Below are positions 57,325-64,000 of a stretch of DNA of 64,000 bases, piece by piece (the stretch's first letter is position 1; each line of letters starts with the position of its first letter). The notes beneath the pieces were generated by a model that saw only the letters and a list, made by a program, of their open reading frames with translations, did no database searches and was not told the origin of the DNA. A program made the translations under genes and the position numbers. Source of the DNA: Acidobacteriota bacterium. GTDB lineage: Bacteria; Acidobacteriota; Blastocatellia; Pyrinomonadales; Pyrinomonadaceae. The DNA lies in NCBI GenBank assembly GCA_032160165.1, contig JAVHWA010000089.1, positions 3,502-67,501 of the forward strand, given 5' to 3'.

Positions 57325-58167
57325 TCACTGTTCCTGCTCGGTGTGGCTTGATTGTTGTCGTCCGGCTCGCAGAATTTGATCAGCCGCGCGAAAGATCTTC
57401 TGAGCGCTCTTTTCAGGGATCGCATCTGCGTTGAAGACGCGTCCCTGGTATAGCCAGTTTTGAATGTAGCCTCGGCAGAAGTCCGAGCCTTCGAGTTCGA
57501 GTGCTTCACAACATAGCAACGCGACTGCTTCCGCTTCAATTTCGCGCAGGCTCTTAGGAGTTCTTTCCGTATCCGTAAAATCGCCTTCGGCTGTGTGACC
57601 TAAGACGACATGCGCGGCTTCGTGAAAAAGCGTCTTGTGCGGAAGTTGAGCTACTGGATTGATCGCGATCTGACACTTTCGCGCGTAGCCTTGACAGTTG
57701 CCGTTCGTCTCTGCGAATGGGATTTGTTCGATGGCGAGGGAGGCAAGTGCGCGGTCGGCGTTCCAGTCCGGTGTTTGCGGAGGCGTGAAGTCTTCGCCCG
57801 AGGTCTGGCAGATGACGAACCAGCGAGCCTTGTGCACAAATGACGTATAGACGCGTGCTCCGCTTGCTTCGTCGTTCGGCTCTGATTCAGCCTCTCGGCG
57901 CTTGCAGGTGAACGGCATACAGAGGATCAAAGCTCGCTCGCCACGTTTGACGATTCGGCCGAGCTCTTTCCATTTCGGAAACGTATTGATTGGGCCGGGC
58001 TGTAGTCCTCGCATCTGACACTGCACGAGCGCGAGCACTTGATTTCCGAGCGAGTAGTTGTGAAAGGCGGTGTAAGCTTTCATGATCAAACCGGGTTTGT
58101 TTACAGCTTCAACTAACAAGGCCGACCATTTGGGTATGTCCACTGATCGGGTTGCGTGTCTGTCCAT
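57325..58167 (-). CDS. ArdC-like anti-restriction protein (ssDNA-binding N-domain plus zincin metalloprotease)
   Basis: The N-terminal domain reads YSLGNQVLALVQC....GPINTFPKWKELGR.VKRGERAL. The C-terminal domain carries HEAAHVVLGH (HExxH). The ATG at 58167 is preceded by AAAGGAG. Confidence 0.8.
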   Translation of the reverse strand: MDRHATRSVDIPKWSALLVEAVNKPGLIMKAYTAFHNYSLGNQVLALVQCQMRGLQPGPINTFPKWKELGRIVKRGERALILCMPFTCKRREAESEPNDEASGARVYTSFVHKARWFVICQTSGEDFTPPQTPDWNADRALASLAIEQIPFAETNGNCQGYARKCQIAINPVAQLPHKTLFHEAAHVVLGHTAEGDFTDTERTPKSLREIEAEAVALLCCEALELEGSDFCRGYIQNWLYQGRVFNADAIPEKSAQKIFRAADQILRAGRQQSSHTEQEQ

Positions 58168-58474
58168 GGTTGGTGCTCCTTTCGCATCCATGTTTTGGTC
58201 TTTGGTCTTGAAAACAGGTTTCCCCCTCGTAGGGACGTTGGGACACGAGTGGGCGCCCGGACGCACACCCGAAGGGGCGAAACGAAGTGGAGCACTCGGA
58301 GGCTTTGCGGAGAGTTGTGCGGACGGGCTCTCGTGGCACAATCGGCCCGTAGAGGGGGAAACTAATTCAGATGTCTCGGCTGGAGTGGAGCGAAGCGGAA
58401 TGGAGGCCGAGGCCTAATTGAATTAGCGCTGTAGGGGAAGGAGATAGTAGGTCTAGGGTAGTATTAGTTGAGCC

Positions 58475-59167
58475 ATGAGATACATTGAAACATATGGAGA
58501 TCAACGACAGCTCGCGTTCTGTGCGTTCTGTGGAGGAGCCACAGGGACTCGTGACCATTGTCCATCACGGGTCCTTCTGGACAAGCCTTACCCGGAGAAC
58601 CTGCCTGTAGTACCTGCATGCCGTACCTGCAATGCCGGATTTTCATCTGATGAGGAGTATTTCGCACGTTTGGTTAGTTGTGTTCTAGCAGGCTCGACAG
58701 AACCAGACTCGATTCCTCGACAAAAAATTGCGCGCATCTTGCGGAAGAAGCCTGCGCTTCGCTCTCGGATAGAACAATCTAGAAGGGAGACTGCGTCCGA
58801 GATTAGCTTTACGCCTGAATCTCATCGGGTATTTTCTGTCGTGAGAAAGCTCGCACAAGGCCACGCGCTCCACGAACTCCACGAGCCGTGTGCCTATCCA
58901 CCGAGCGAGATATGTATTCAGCCCTTTGCCTTAATGAGTGAGGCCCAACGTGATGAATTTGAGAGTCCGAGCCCACTTGGACGCAGTATTTGGCCGGAGG
59001 TTGGCAGTCGCGCTTTGCAACGGCTCGTCACAGAGAAAAATGATCTCTATGACGGTTGGCTTGAGATTCAACGAAGAGGATACCGGTTTCAGGCTTCAGT
59101 ACCGAATGGAATCGAAATCCGCATTGTTATTCAAGAATACCTAGCGGTTCTGGTGCGATGGGAGTAA
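58475..59167 (+). CDS. HNH-like nuclease-domain protein
   Basis: CAFCGG...TRDHCPSRVLL......NLPVVPACRTCNAGFS is a Cys4 plus His-Me finger-like arrangement. The C-terminal 130 aa are unassigned. Confidence 0.55.
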   Translation: MRYIETYGDQRQLAFCAFCGGATGTRDHCPSRVLLDKPYPENLPVVPACRTCNAGFSSDEEYFARLVSCVLAGSTEPDSIPRQKIARILRKKPALRSRIEQSRRETASEISFTPESHRVFSVVRKLAQGHALHELHEPCAYPPSEICIQPFALMSEAQRDEFESPSPLGRSIWPEVGSRALQRLVTEKNDLYDGWLEIQRRGYRFQASVPNGIEIRIVIQEYLAVLVRWE

Positions 59168-59190
59168 TGCTCTCACCATGGCTTCTCACT

Positions 59191-59496
59191 TCAGAACTCA
59201 ATATTTGCCTTCGGGTGCTGAAATCCGAGTACAGACCGAATCTTCTCCGCGCATTCATTCTGATTCCTAACCGCCTCGATGTGACCTTTGTCCGTTCCAC
59301 CCTCTCCGCCACGCGCGTCTATATATGCACTCATACGCGCAGCAACAACAGCAAGTTGGATTAGACTATTGGATATCAATCTCAAGTCCTCTCCATGTAC
59401 GTCGGAGAATGTCTCTCTCCATTCCTCCGGCTTAATCTTGACAAGGTCCTCTGCGGCTGTTCGAAAGAGCTGTGCGATTTTGCTAGTGTCAGTCAT
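59191..59496 (-). CDS. Hypothetical small protein, co-oriented 56 nt downstream of the HTH-NTPase gene
   Basis: This is an ORF only, predicted helical, and probably in an operon with 59553-61730. Confidence 0.4.
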   Translation of the reverse strand: MTDTSKIAQLFRTAAEDLVKIKPEEWRETFSDVHGEDLRLISNSLIQLAVVAARMSAYIDARGGEGGTDKGHIEAVRNQNECAEKIRSVLGFQHPKANIEF

Positions 59497-59552
59497 TCCT
59501 TATATTCACAACCTCCAACTTCATCGAATCGAATCGATCTATTTGCCCACAT

Positions 59553-61730
59553 CTACTCTGAGGGAGCTTCGAGAATCTCTTGAAGCCCATGCACCAATTC
59601 TTCCCACGCCCTGTTGACCTCGGCGGTCAGTCTGCGGTAAAGATCACGAACGGCAGCATCGCTGAACCACGTCCGTGTCTCTTCCGCGACGACGTTTCGA
59701 TAAGGACCGCCGGTTCCGTATACCCTCTCGCATTTGTCCCAGTAAGTCGAAGCGCTGTGCAACCGATCTCGATAAATCGTCTCGCCGAAGACTTGTGCTT
59801 GCCGGGTCAGATTCTCAACCGCCGCGTCCACGTGCTCCGCAATTTGCCGAAGGAACTCTCGCGCGTTGGCATAATCAGGGTTTCCAGCGAGATTATCGAT
59901 GACAGCCTTAAGGTTCTTGACTCTTTCACCTGCTGTGTTAGCTACAATTTGTCGAGTTGCGTAGCCGAGTTGATAATAGTAGTCAAAGTTATCCCACGTA
60001 CCTTCTCGACGCACTGAAGCCCACAGTGTGCGTGCATGAATGGAGCGAATCTCATCTTCGAGCAATTGGTCTGGCCGTCTACTCTCCTCCAGCCGCGTGT
60101 TGTCGCGAGCCCAAACTCTCAAATGATCCATAACCTCGCTAAGCGCTAATGCCCGTTCTTCTCGCGTACGATGCTTAACGAGTTCATCTAATTTTTGCAC
60201 TGTGTCAGCTACACGGTGATTGTATTGCTGACGGACTGCAGAAAACTGGTTTACAACAAAGGTGCGAAAGCTCTCGACGTCGCGCTTCGAAGTAGCATTA
60301 AGGAATATAACGGGAAGCTGGTCCGCCCTCAGGGGTTGTAGCGCATGATGGATGTGTGCAAGCTTGACGTCGTACCCCGCTTCATCTGATTCCACAAAGT
60401 CATTAGTCGATTCGTCCTTCATATCAACCGCTTCTTCGTTGCGCGGAAGGACGAGCAATACCATTCGCTCGTCCAGGCTGGCATCAGCGTGCAATGACAT
60501 TGCTCTGCCAATCAGGCTGATAGTGGGAAGGTCCGGAGCCTCACCGAATTTTGTGCAAAGGAGCAGAATGGCGTGGGGGTCGTCGAAGTGACTATCAATA
60601 TCCGCGCGGGCGGACGCTTGGTCAACTCCCTTTGTGTCAACCACCCCAACATTGATGTACTGGCCATCGAAGAGCTTTCCCGGAACGACGACGTTAATGC
60701 GCTTAGGAAGCGAAAAGCCAGCGCGTCGACCATTGTTGATCTCTTTGAATGTCTTTTGCAGCCATTCAAGCTCCTTGACCTTTGGATCGCCATCCTCGCA
60801 CCATACAGTGGTGTCGCGACGCCGTAGCAAGTCCATCTTCGTCAGAATGTGAATCGCAAGCTCTTCGCGCACGGGAAACGATGTCGCAAGCAATTGCGCT
60901 TGAGCTTCGCTCAAACCCGAAAGACCTCGGATCGCGCGAGCCATCTCCTCTGAGACCCAAGGCACCTCTTCGGCTGCGCCCGCTTTGGACTTCTCCTTTG
61001 ATCGGACTTTCTTCGGCGGCTTCTCTGCGCCTGTGATCTTGGGCCTTGGAGGGTGTTTCGCCACGGCAAGCAGGTGATCGGCATAATCAAGGACATAGCG
61101 ACGAATTTCTTCGTCGGTACAAGGCTCCACGATTAGTCCGTATTGTGGACCAGCTTCAACCCGCACCTCGCAGAGGGTGGTGCGACCGCCGCCTACCTCT
61201 AAAACCATCCGACGCGCGAAGGGCAACTCTTCTTTGTCGAGCGTGAGACCCAACGAAGTGCAAATCGCGCTAGTCTTGCCAACACTTACTACGCCGATAA
61301 AGACGAGGTAATGGTCGATTCGCTTCAAAAAGTCTGAGCACCTCAACAGATCAGCTGCGTAGAGATCCAGAGCGCGCACAAATACTGCCTTCGTCTCAGG
61401 ATCGGCCTTTAACTCATCGATACGAGCGAGTTGCTGATCTATGGTTAGAAGGGATTCCCAATCGGGATGTGGAAATGTAGGCCGGCGAGTCGGATCAATC
61501 CATTTCGCTTTCAAGTACCGAAGACAATCCGAAGCTAGTTCAGTGTTTATTGACTTAAGGTAAGCCCTTATTTCATCATCTGTGGGCAAAACCTCTCCGC
61601 TTTCCATTCGGAAAACGCGGGTTGTATTACTTCCCATTGTCTTTGCCAAAGACGACTGGGTAATGCCCGCACGATCTCGCACGTGGCTTAAGATCCGGCC
61701 GATGTGTTCAAATTGCCCTGACAACCCCAT
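59553..61730 (-). CDS. XRE-type HTH fused to a dynamin-like/TRAFAC P-loop NTPase and a long helical C-terminal region
   Basis: The HTH reads AGITQSSLAKTMGSNTTRVFRMESGE. The G1/Walker A is FIGVVSVGKTS (about 61269-61300), the G3-like motif is VVDTKG (about 60629-60640) and the G4-like motif is LLLCTKFGE. A Lys-rich insert lies between G1 and G3. Confidence 0.7.
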   Translation of the reverse strand: MGLSGQFEHIGRILSHVRDRAGITQSSLAKTMGSNTTRVFRMESGEVLPTDDEIRAYLKSINTELASDCLRYLKAKWIDPTRRPTFPHPDWESLLTIDQQLARIDELKADPETKAVFVRALDLYAADLLRCSDFLKRIDHYLVFIGVVSVGKTSAICTSLGLTLDKEELPFARRMVLEVGGGRTTLCEVRVEAGPQYGLIVEPCTDEEIRRYVLDYADHLLAVAKHPPRPKITGAEKPPKKVRSKEKSKAGAAEEVPWVSEEMARAIRGLSGLSEAQAQLLATSFPVREELAIHILTKMDLLRRRDTTVWCEDGDPKVKELEWLQKTFKEINNGRRAGFSLPKRINVVVPGKLFDGQYINVGVVDTKGVDQASARADIDSHFDDPHAILLLCTKFGEAPDLPTISLIGRAMSLHADASLDERMVLLVLPRNEEAVDMKDESTNDFVESDEAGYDVKLAHIHHALQPLRADQLPVIFLNATSKRDVESFRTFVVNQFSAVRQQYNHRVADTVQKLDELVKHRTREERALALSEVMDHLRVWARDNTRLEESRRPDQLLEDEIRSIHARTLWASVRREGTWDNFDYYYQLGYATRQIVANTAGERVKNLKAVIDNLAGNPDYANAREFLRQIAEHVDAAVENLTRQAQVFGETIYRDRLHSASTYWDKCERVYGTGGPYRNVVAEETRTWFSDAAVRDLYRRLTAEVNRAWEELVHGLQEILEAPSE

Positions 61731-61939
61731 ACTAGCTCCTCGTGAACTGATTTCGCCACCATGTGCTTTATACGCGAAACGTATTCACCGTGTCAAGCCC
61801 CTCCCGCGAAATGCATTCGCCCCGCCGGCAGTTTGGGATTGAAGCTGAAAGCATTTGGCCGATTCTGCAAATAAAACTCTTTCAATCTTCCCTTTGTTAA
61901 GGCAAAATGCTATGTTTTAGGTTTTTCGTATCCTCCAAA

Positions 61940-63259
61940 ATGCCAGAACCGGAACGACGGCTGCGATTTATCGATCTGTTTGCGGGTCTCGGGGGCTTCC
62001 ATTTAGCTCTCAACGCGCTCGGACACGAGTGTGTCTTCGCTAGCGAGATCGATGACGAGTTGTGTGATCTCTATGAGAAGAATTTCGGATTGAGACCTAC
62101 TGGGAACCTAAGAACTATTCATGAGGACGACGTGCCTGAGCATGACGTTTTGTGTGCCGGCTTCCCCTGCCAACCATTTTCCAAGGCGGGTGAGCAGCTT
62201 GGAACCAAATGTCGCCTTTGGGGTGATTTGTTCTCGAAGCACGTTCTGAGATTGCTTCGTCGTCACACACCGACGTATCTAATAATGGAAAATGTCGCTA
62301 ACTTGGAGCGTCACAACGGAGGGCGAACGTGGAAAAAGATGCGCCGCCAACTCGAGGAGTGCGGCTACAACATCGACACTAGAATCTTATCGCCTCATTT
62401 CTTCGGAGTGCCACAGATTCGAGAGCGCCTTTTCATTGTTGGAAGTCGCGTCGGGCTCGGCCACTTTTCCTGGCCAGAGAAAGACAACGCGGTTCCCAAT
62501 GTAGACTCGGTCTTGGATGTTAATCCTCCAGACGCAAAAGCCCTTCCGACTCAAGTTGTTCGTTGCTTAGAAGTCTGGCAGGATTTTCTTAATCGGTCAC
62601 CAACGGGAGTGGAGTTGCCTTCTTTCCCGATCTGGACAATGGAGTTTGGTGCAACCTATCCATTCACGAAGTACGATTCGCTGCACAATATCTCCCTTTC
62701 AACGCTCCGCAATTACAAGGGCACCTTTGGGCAAAGTCTGCAACGCTATCATCGCAAAGATTTGCTGTCGAGAATACCGACCTATGCGCGGGCAGAAGAA
62801 AACGCGTTTCCGCGGTGGAAGCAGTTGTTTATTAAGCAGAATCGGGAGTTTTATCAGAGGAACAAAAGTTGGATTAAACCCTGGTTGCCGACAATCCGAT
62901 CCTTTCCATCGAGCCTTCAAAAATTTGAATGGAATTGTAAAGGTGAGGTCCGCGATCTTTGGAGGTATGTAATTCAATTCCGTGCTTCTGGTGTTCGCGT
63001 TAAGAGACCTACAACTGCCCCATCCTTAGTAGCGATGACGACCACGCAGATCCCTATAATTGCATGGGAGCGCCGCTACATGACTCCTTTGGAATGTAGC
63101 AGATTGCAAAGTATGGAGCGTCTTCCCCAACTTCCCCCGTCGGAAACCAGCGTGTGTAAGGCGTTAGGTAACGCCGTCAACGTCGAAGTCGTTAGGCGGT
63201 TAGCACACGAATTGTGCAGCGCGCCCACAATGGTTCCAGAGCAGGCCCGCGCTGCCTGA
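61940..63259 (+). CDS. dcm: DNA (cytosine-5)-methyltransferase
   Basis: Motif I is FIDLFAGLGGF, IV is GFPCQPFS, VI is MENVANL, VIII is QIRERLFIVG and X is GNAVNVEVV. I prefer the ATG at 61940 over the track start 61907. Confidence 0.9.
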   Translation: MPEPERRLRFIDLFAGLGGFHLALNALGHECVFASEIDDELCDLYEKNFGLRPTGNLRTIHEDDVPEHDVLCAGFPCQPFSKAGEQLGTKCRLWGDLFSKHVLRLLRRHTPTYLIMENVANLERHNGGRTWKKMRRQLEECGYNIDTRILSPHFFGVPQIRERLFIVGSRVGLGHFSWPEKDNAVPNVDSVLDVNPPDAKALPTQVVRCLEVWQDFLNRSPTGVELPSFPIWTMEFGATYPFTKYDSLHNISLSTLRNYKGTFGQSLQRYHRKDLLSRIPTYARAEENAFPRWKQLFIKQNREFYQRNKSWIKPWLPTIRSFPSSLQKFEWNCKGEVRDLWRYVIQFRASGVRVKRPTTAPSLVAMTTTQIPIIAWERRYMTPLECSRLQSMERLPQLPPSETSVCKALGNAVNVEVVRRLAHELCSAPTMVPEQARAA

Positions 63260-63293
63260 GGTCCCGACGGCCAGAAGTATCCTCATCGCACGA

Positions 63294-64000
63294 ATGGAAG
63301 ACTTCAAGTTGGCGAAACCACCCACAATCGATCGCGTAAGCATTCGACCTGGCGTCAGCATTCTTTCTGTTCTCTCACATCTCAACTATCGCCCATGGTT
63401 TGCTCTAGCTGAATTCGTCGATAACGCGATTCAAAGTCATTTGACCCATCACGCGGCTCTAGTTGCCGTTGATGGACCAACCAAACTCAAAGTCTCAATT
63501 GATATCGAGTCGACCGATGGCGGCCGAATAACTGTAAGGGACAACGCTGCCGGAATTTCGGCTGGCGATTTTCCAAGGGCGTTTCGTCCCGCGCAATTGC
63601 CACCTGATCGCTCTGGCCTTTGTGAATTCGGCATGGGAATGAAAAGCGCGGCGTGTTGGTTTGCGCCTCGCTGGTATGTTAGGTCGTCGGCGTTGGGCGA
63701 GCCGGTTGAAAGAACTGTCAAATTTAATATCGATGAGATTATTAGGGACTCACTTGATGAGTTGGACGTGCAATCGGAGCGTTGTTCTGCCGAATCGCAT
63801 TTCACAGAAATTGCCCTAATGGGACTTCACCAATTACCAATTGGAAGAACTCTGGGAAAGATCCGATCTCATCTGACGGAGATTTACCGGATCTTCATCC
63901 GAGAAGGGATGCTGGAACTACGGCTCAACGGCGAAGAGTTAAGCTACGAGCAGCCGGAAATACTTGTCGCACCCTCGTATCGGGATGAAGACGGGACACC
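63294..64000 (+). CDS. GHKL (HATPase_c_3 / MORC-like) ATPase, N-terminal part; ORF runs off the window and is absent from the ORF track
   Basis: My own translation from the ATG at 63294 has no stop through 64000. It begins MEDFKLAKPPTIDRVSIRPGVSILSVLSHLNYRPWFALAEFVDNAIQSH (N-box E..DN). It continues ...ITVRDNAAGIS (DxGxG-like) and ...GLCEFGMGMKSAACW (G2 box). Confidence 0.75.
   Translation, partial: MEDFKLAKPPTIDRVSIRPGVSILSVLSHLNYRPWFALAEFVDNAIQSHLTHHAALVAVDGPTKLKVSIDIESTDGGRITVRDNAAGISAGDFPRAFRPAQLPPDRSGLCEFGMGMKSAACWFAPRWYVRSSALGEPVERTVKFNIDEIIRDSLDELDVQSERCSAESHFTEIALMGLHQLPIGRTLGKIRSHLTEIYRIFIREGMLELRLNGEELSYEQPEILVAPSYRDEDGT

Larger units (their letters stand above)
53706..64000. mobile_element. 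Integrative genomic island inserted at the 3' end of tRNA-Ala (right end beyond window)
   Basis: A tyrosine integrase gene starts 15 nt after the tRNA. It is followed by an excisionase-like HTH, an ArdC-like gene, orphan ORFs and defence-type genes. I found no second copy of the tRNA 3' end inside the window. Confidence 0.65.

Noticed and set aside
56793-57539. 248-aa minus-strand ORF spanning the ArdC/small-protein junction
   Set aside because: It overlaps two ORFs in other frames that have recognisable conserved motifs and strong AAGGAG ribosome-binding sites. Its own product is Arg/Ser-rich with no motifs.
53706-64000. Prophage interpretation of the island, and search for attR inside the window
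   Set aside because: No capsid, terminase, tail or lysis genes are present. I found no second copy of the tRNA-Ala 3' segment (GGTTCGACCCCCCTCTGCTCCACCA) in 53706-64000, so the right end must lie outside the window.

Overview
This is a moderately GC-rich, densely coding bacterial chromosome segment. All protein calls rest on motif recognition by eye from the supplied translations, with no database search. The gene content suggests Acidobacteriota, which is an inference: two VWFA-related acidobacterial-type proteins, a CarboxypepD_reg-type TonB-dependent receptor, and WG-repeat and FG-GAP/Calx-beta/DUF4214 exoproteins. From 0 to 31 kb lie housekeeping genes (pdxJ, an S41 peptidase, an RlmI-like methyltransferase), an ECF sigma/anti-sigma operon, and a minus-strand type II secretion/type IV pilus-like cluster (GspF, GspE, secretin, two pseudopilins, a PilM-like protein, a PKD-like protein). 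This part also holds a TolC-like protein, two VWA proteins and corA. From 31.5 to 40.0 kb lies a bacterial microcompartment (BMC) locus. It has two BMC-H genes, one BMC-P gene, an acylating aldehyde dehydrogenase with a long C-terminal extension, and an ACT-domain protein with encapsulation-peptide-like N-terminal helices. It also carries a coupled zinc-ribbon membrane protein, a UPF0210/DUF711 (PFL family) protein and a TPR-AAA+ enhancer-binding-type regulator. No recognisable signature enzyme is present, and I consider this locus the best candidate for an undescribed system. From 40 to 53.5 kb lie a rodZ-like gene, guaB, two tandem paralogous small secreted proteins, lipid-related genes, a large FG-GAP/Calx-beta protein, an M61 peptidase and an AlaX-type editing protein. 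tRNA-Ala(CGC) at 53629-53705 is followed by an integrase-bounded island that runs to the window end. The island carries an ArdC-like anti-restriction gene, an HNH-like gene, an HTH-fused dynamin-like P-loop NTPase operon and a Dcm methyltransferase. It also carries a GHKL/MORC-like ATPase ORF that runs off the window and is missing from the ORF track. Across the whole window, many intergenic spacers, including every internal spacer of the BMC operon, are built from locus-specific 7-nt units (9-nt at one locus). These tandem units are arranged as inverted arrays.
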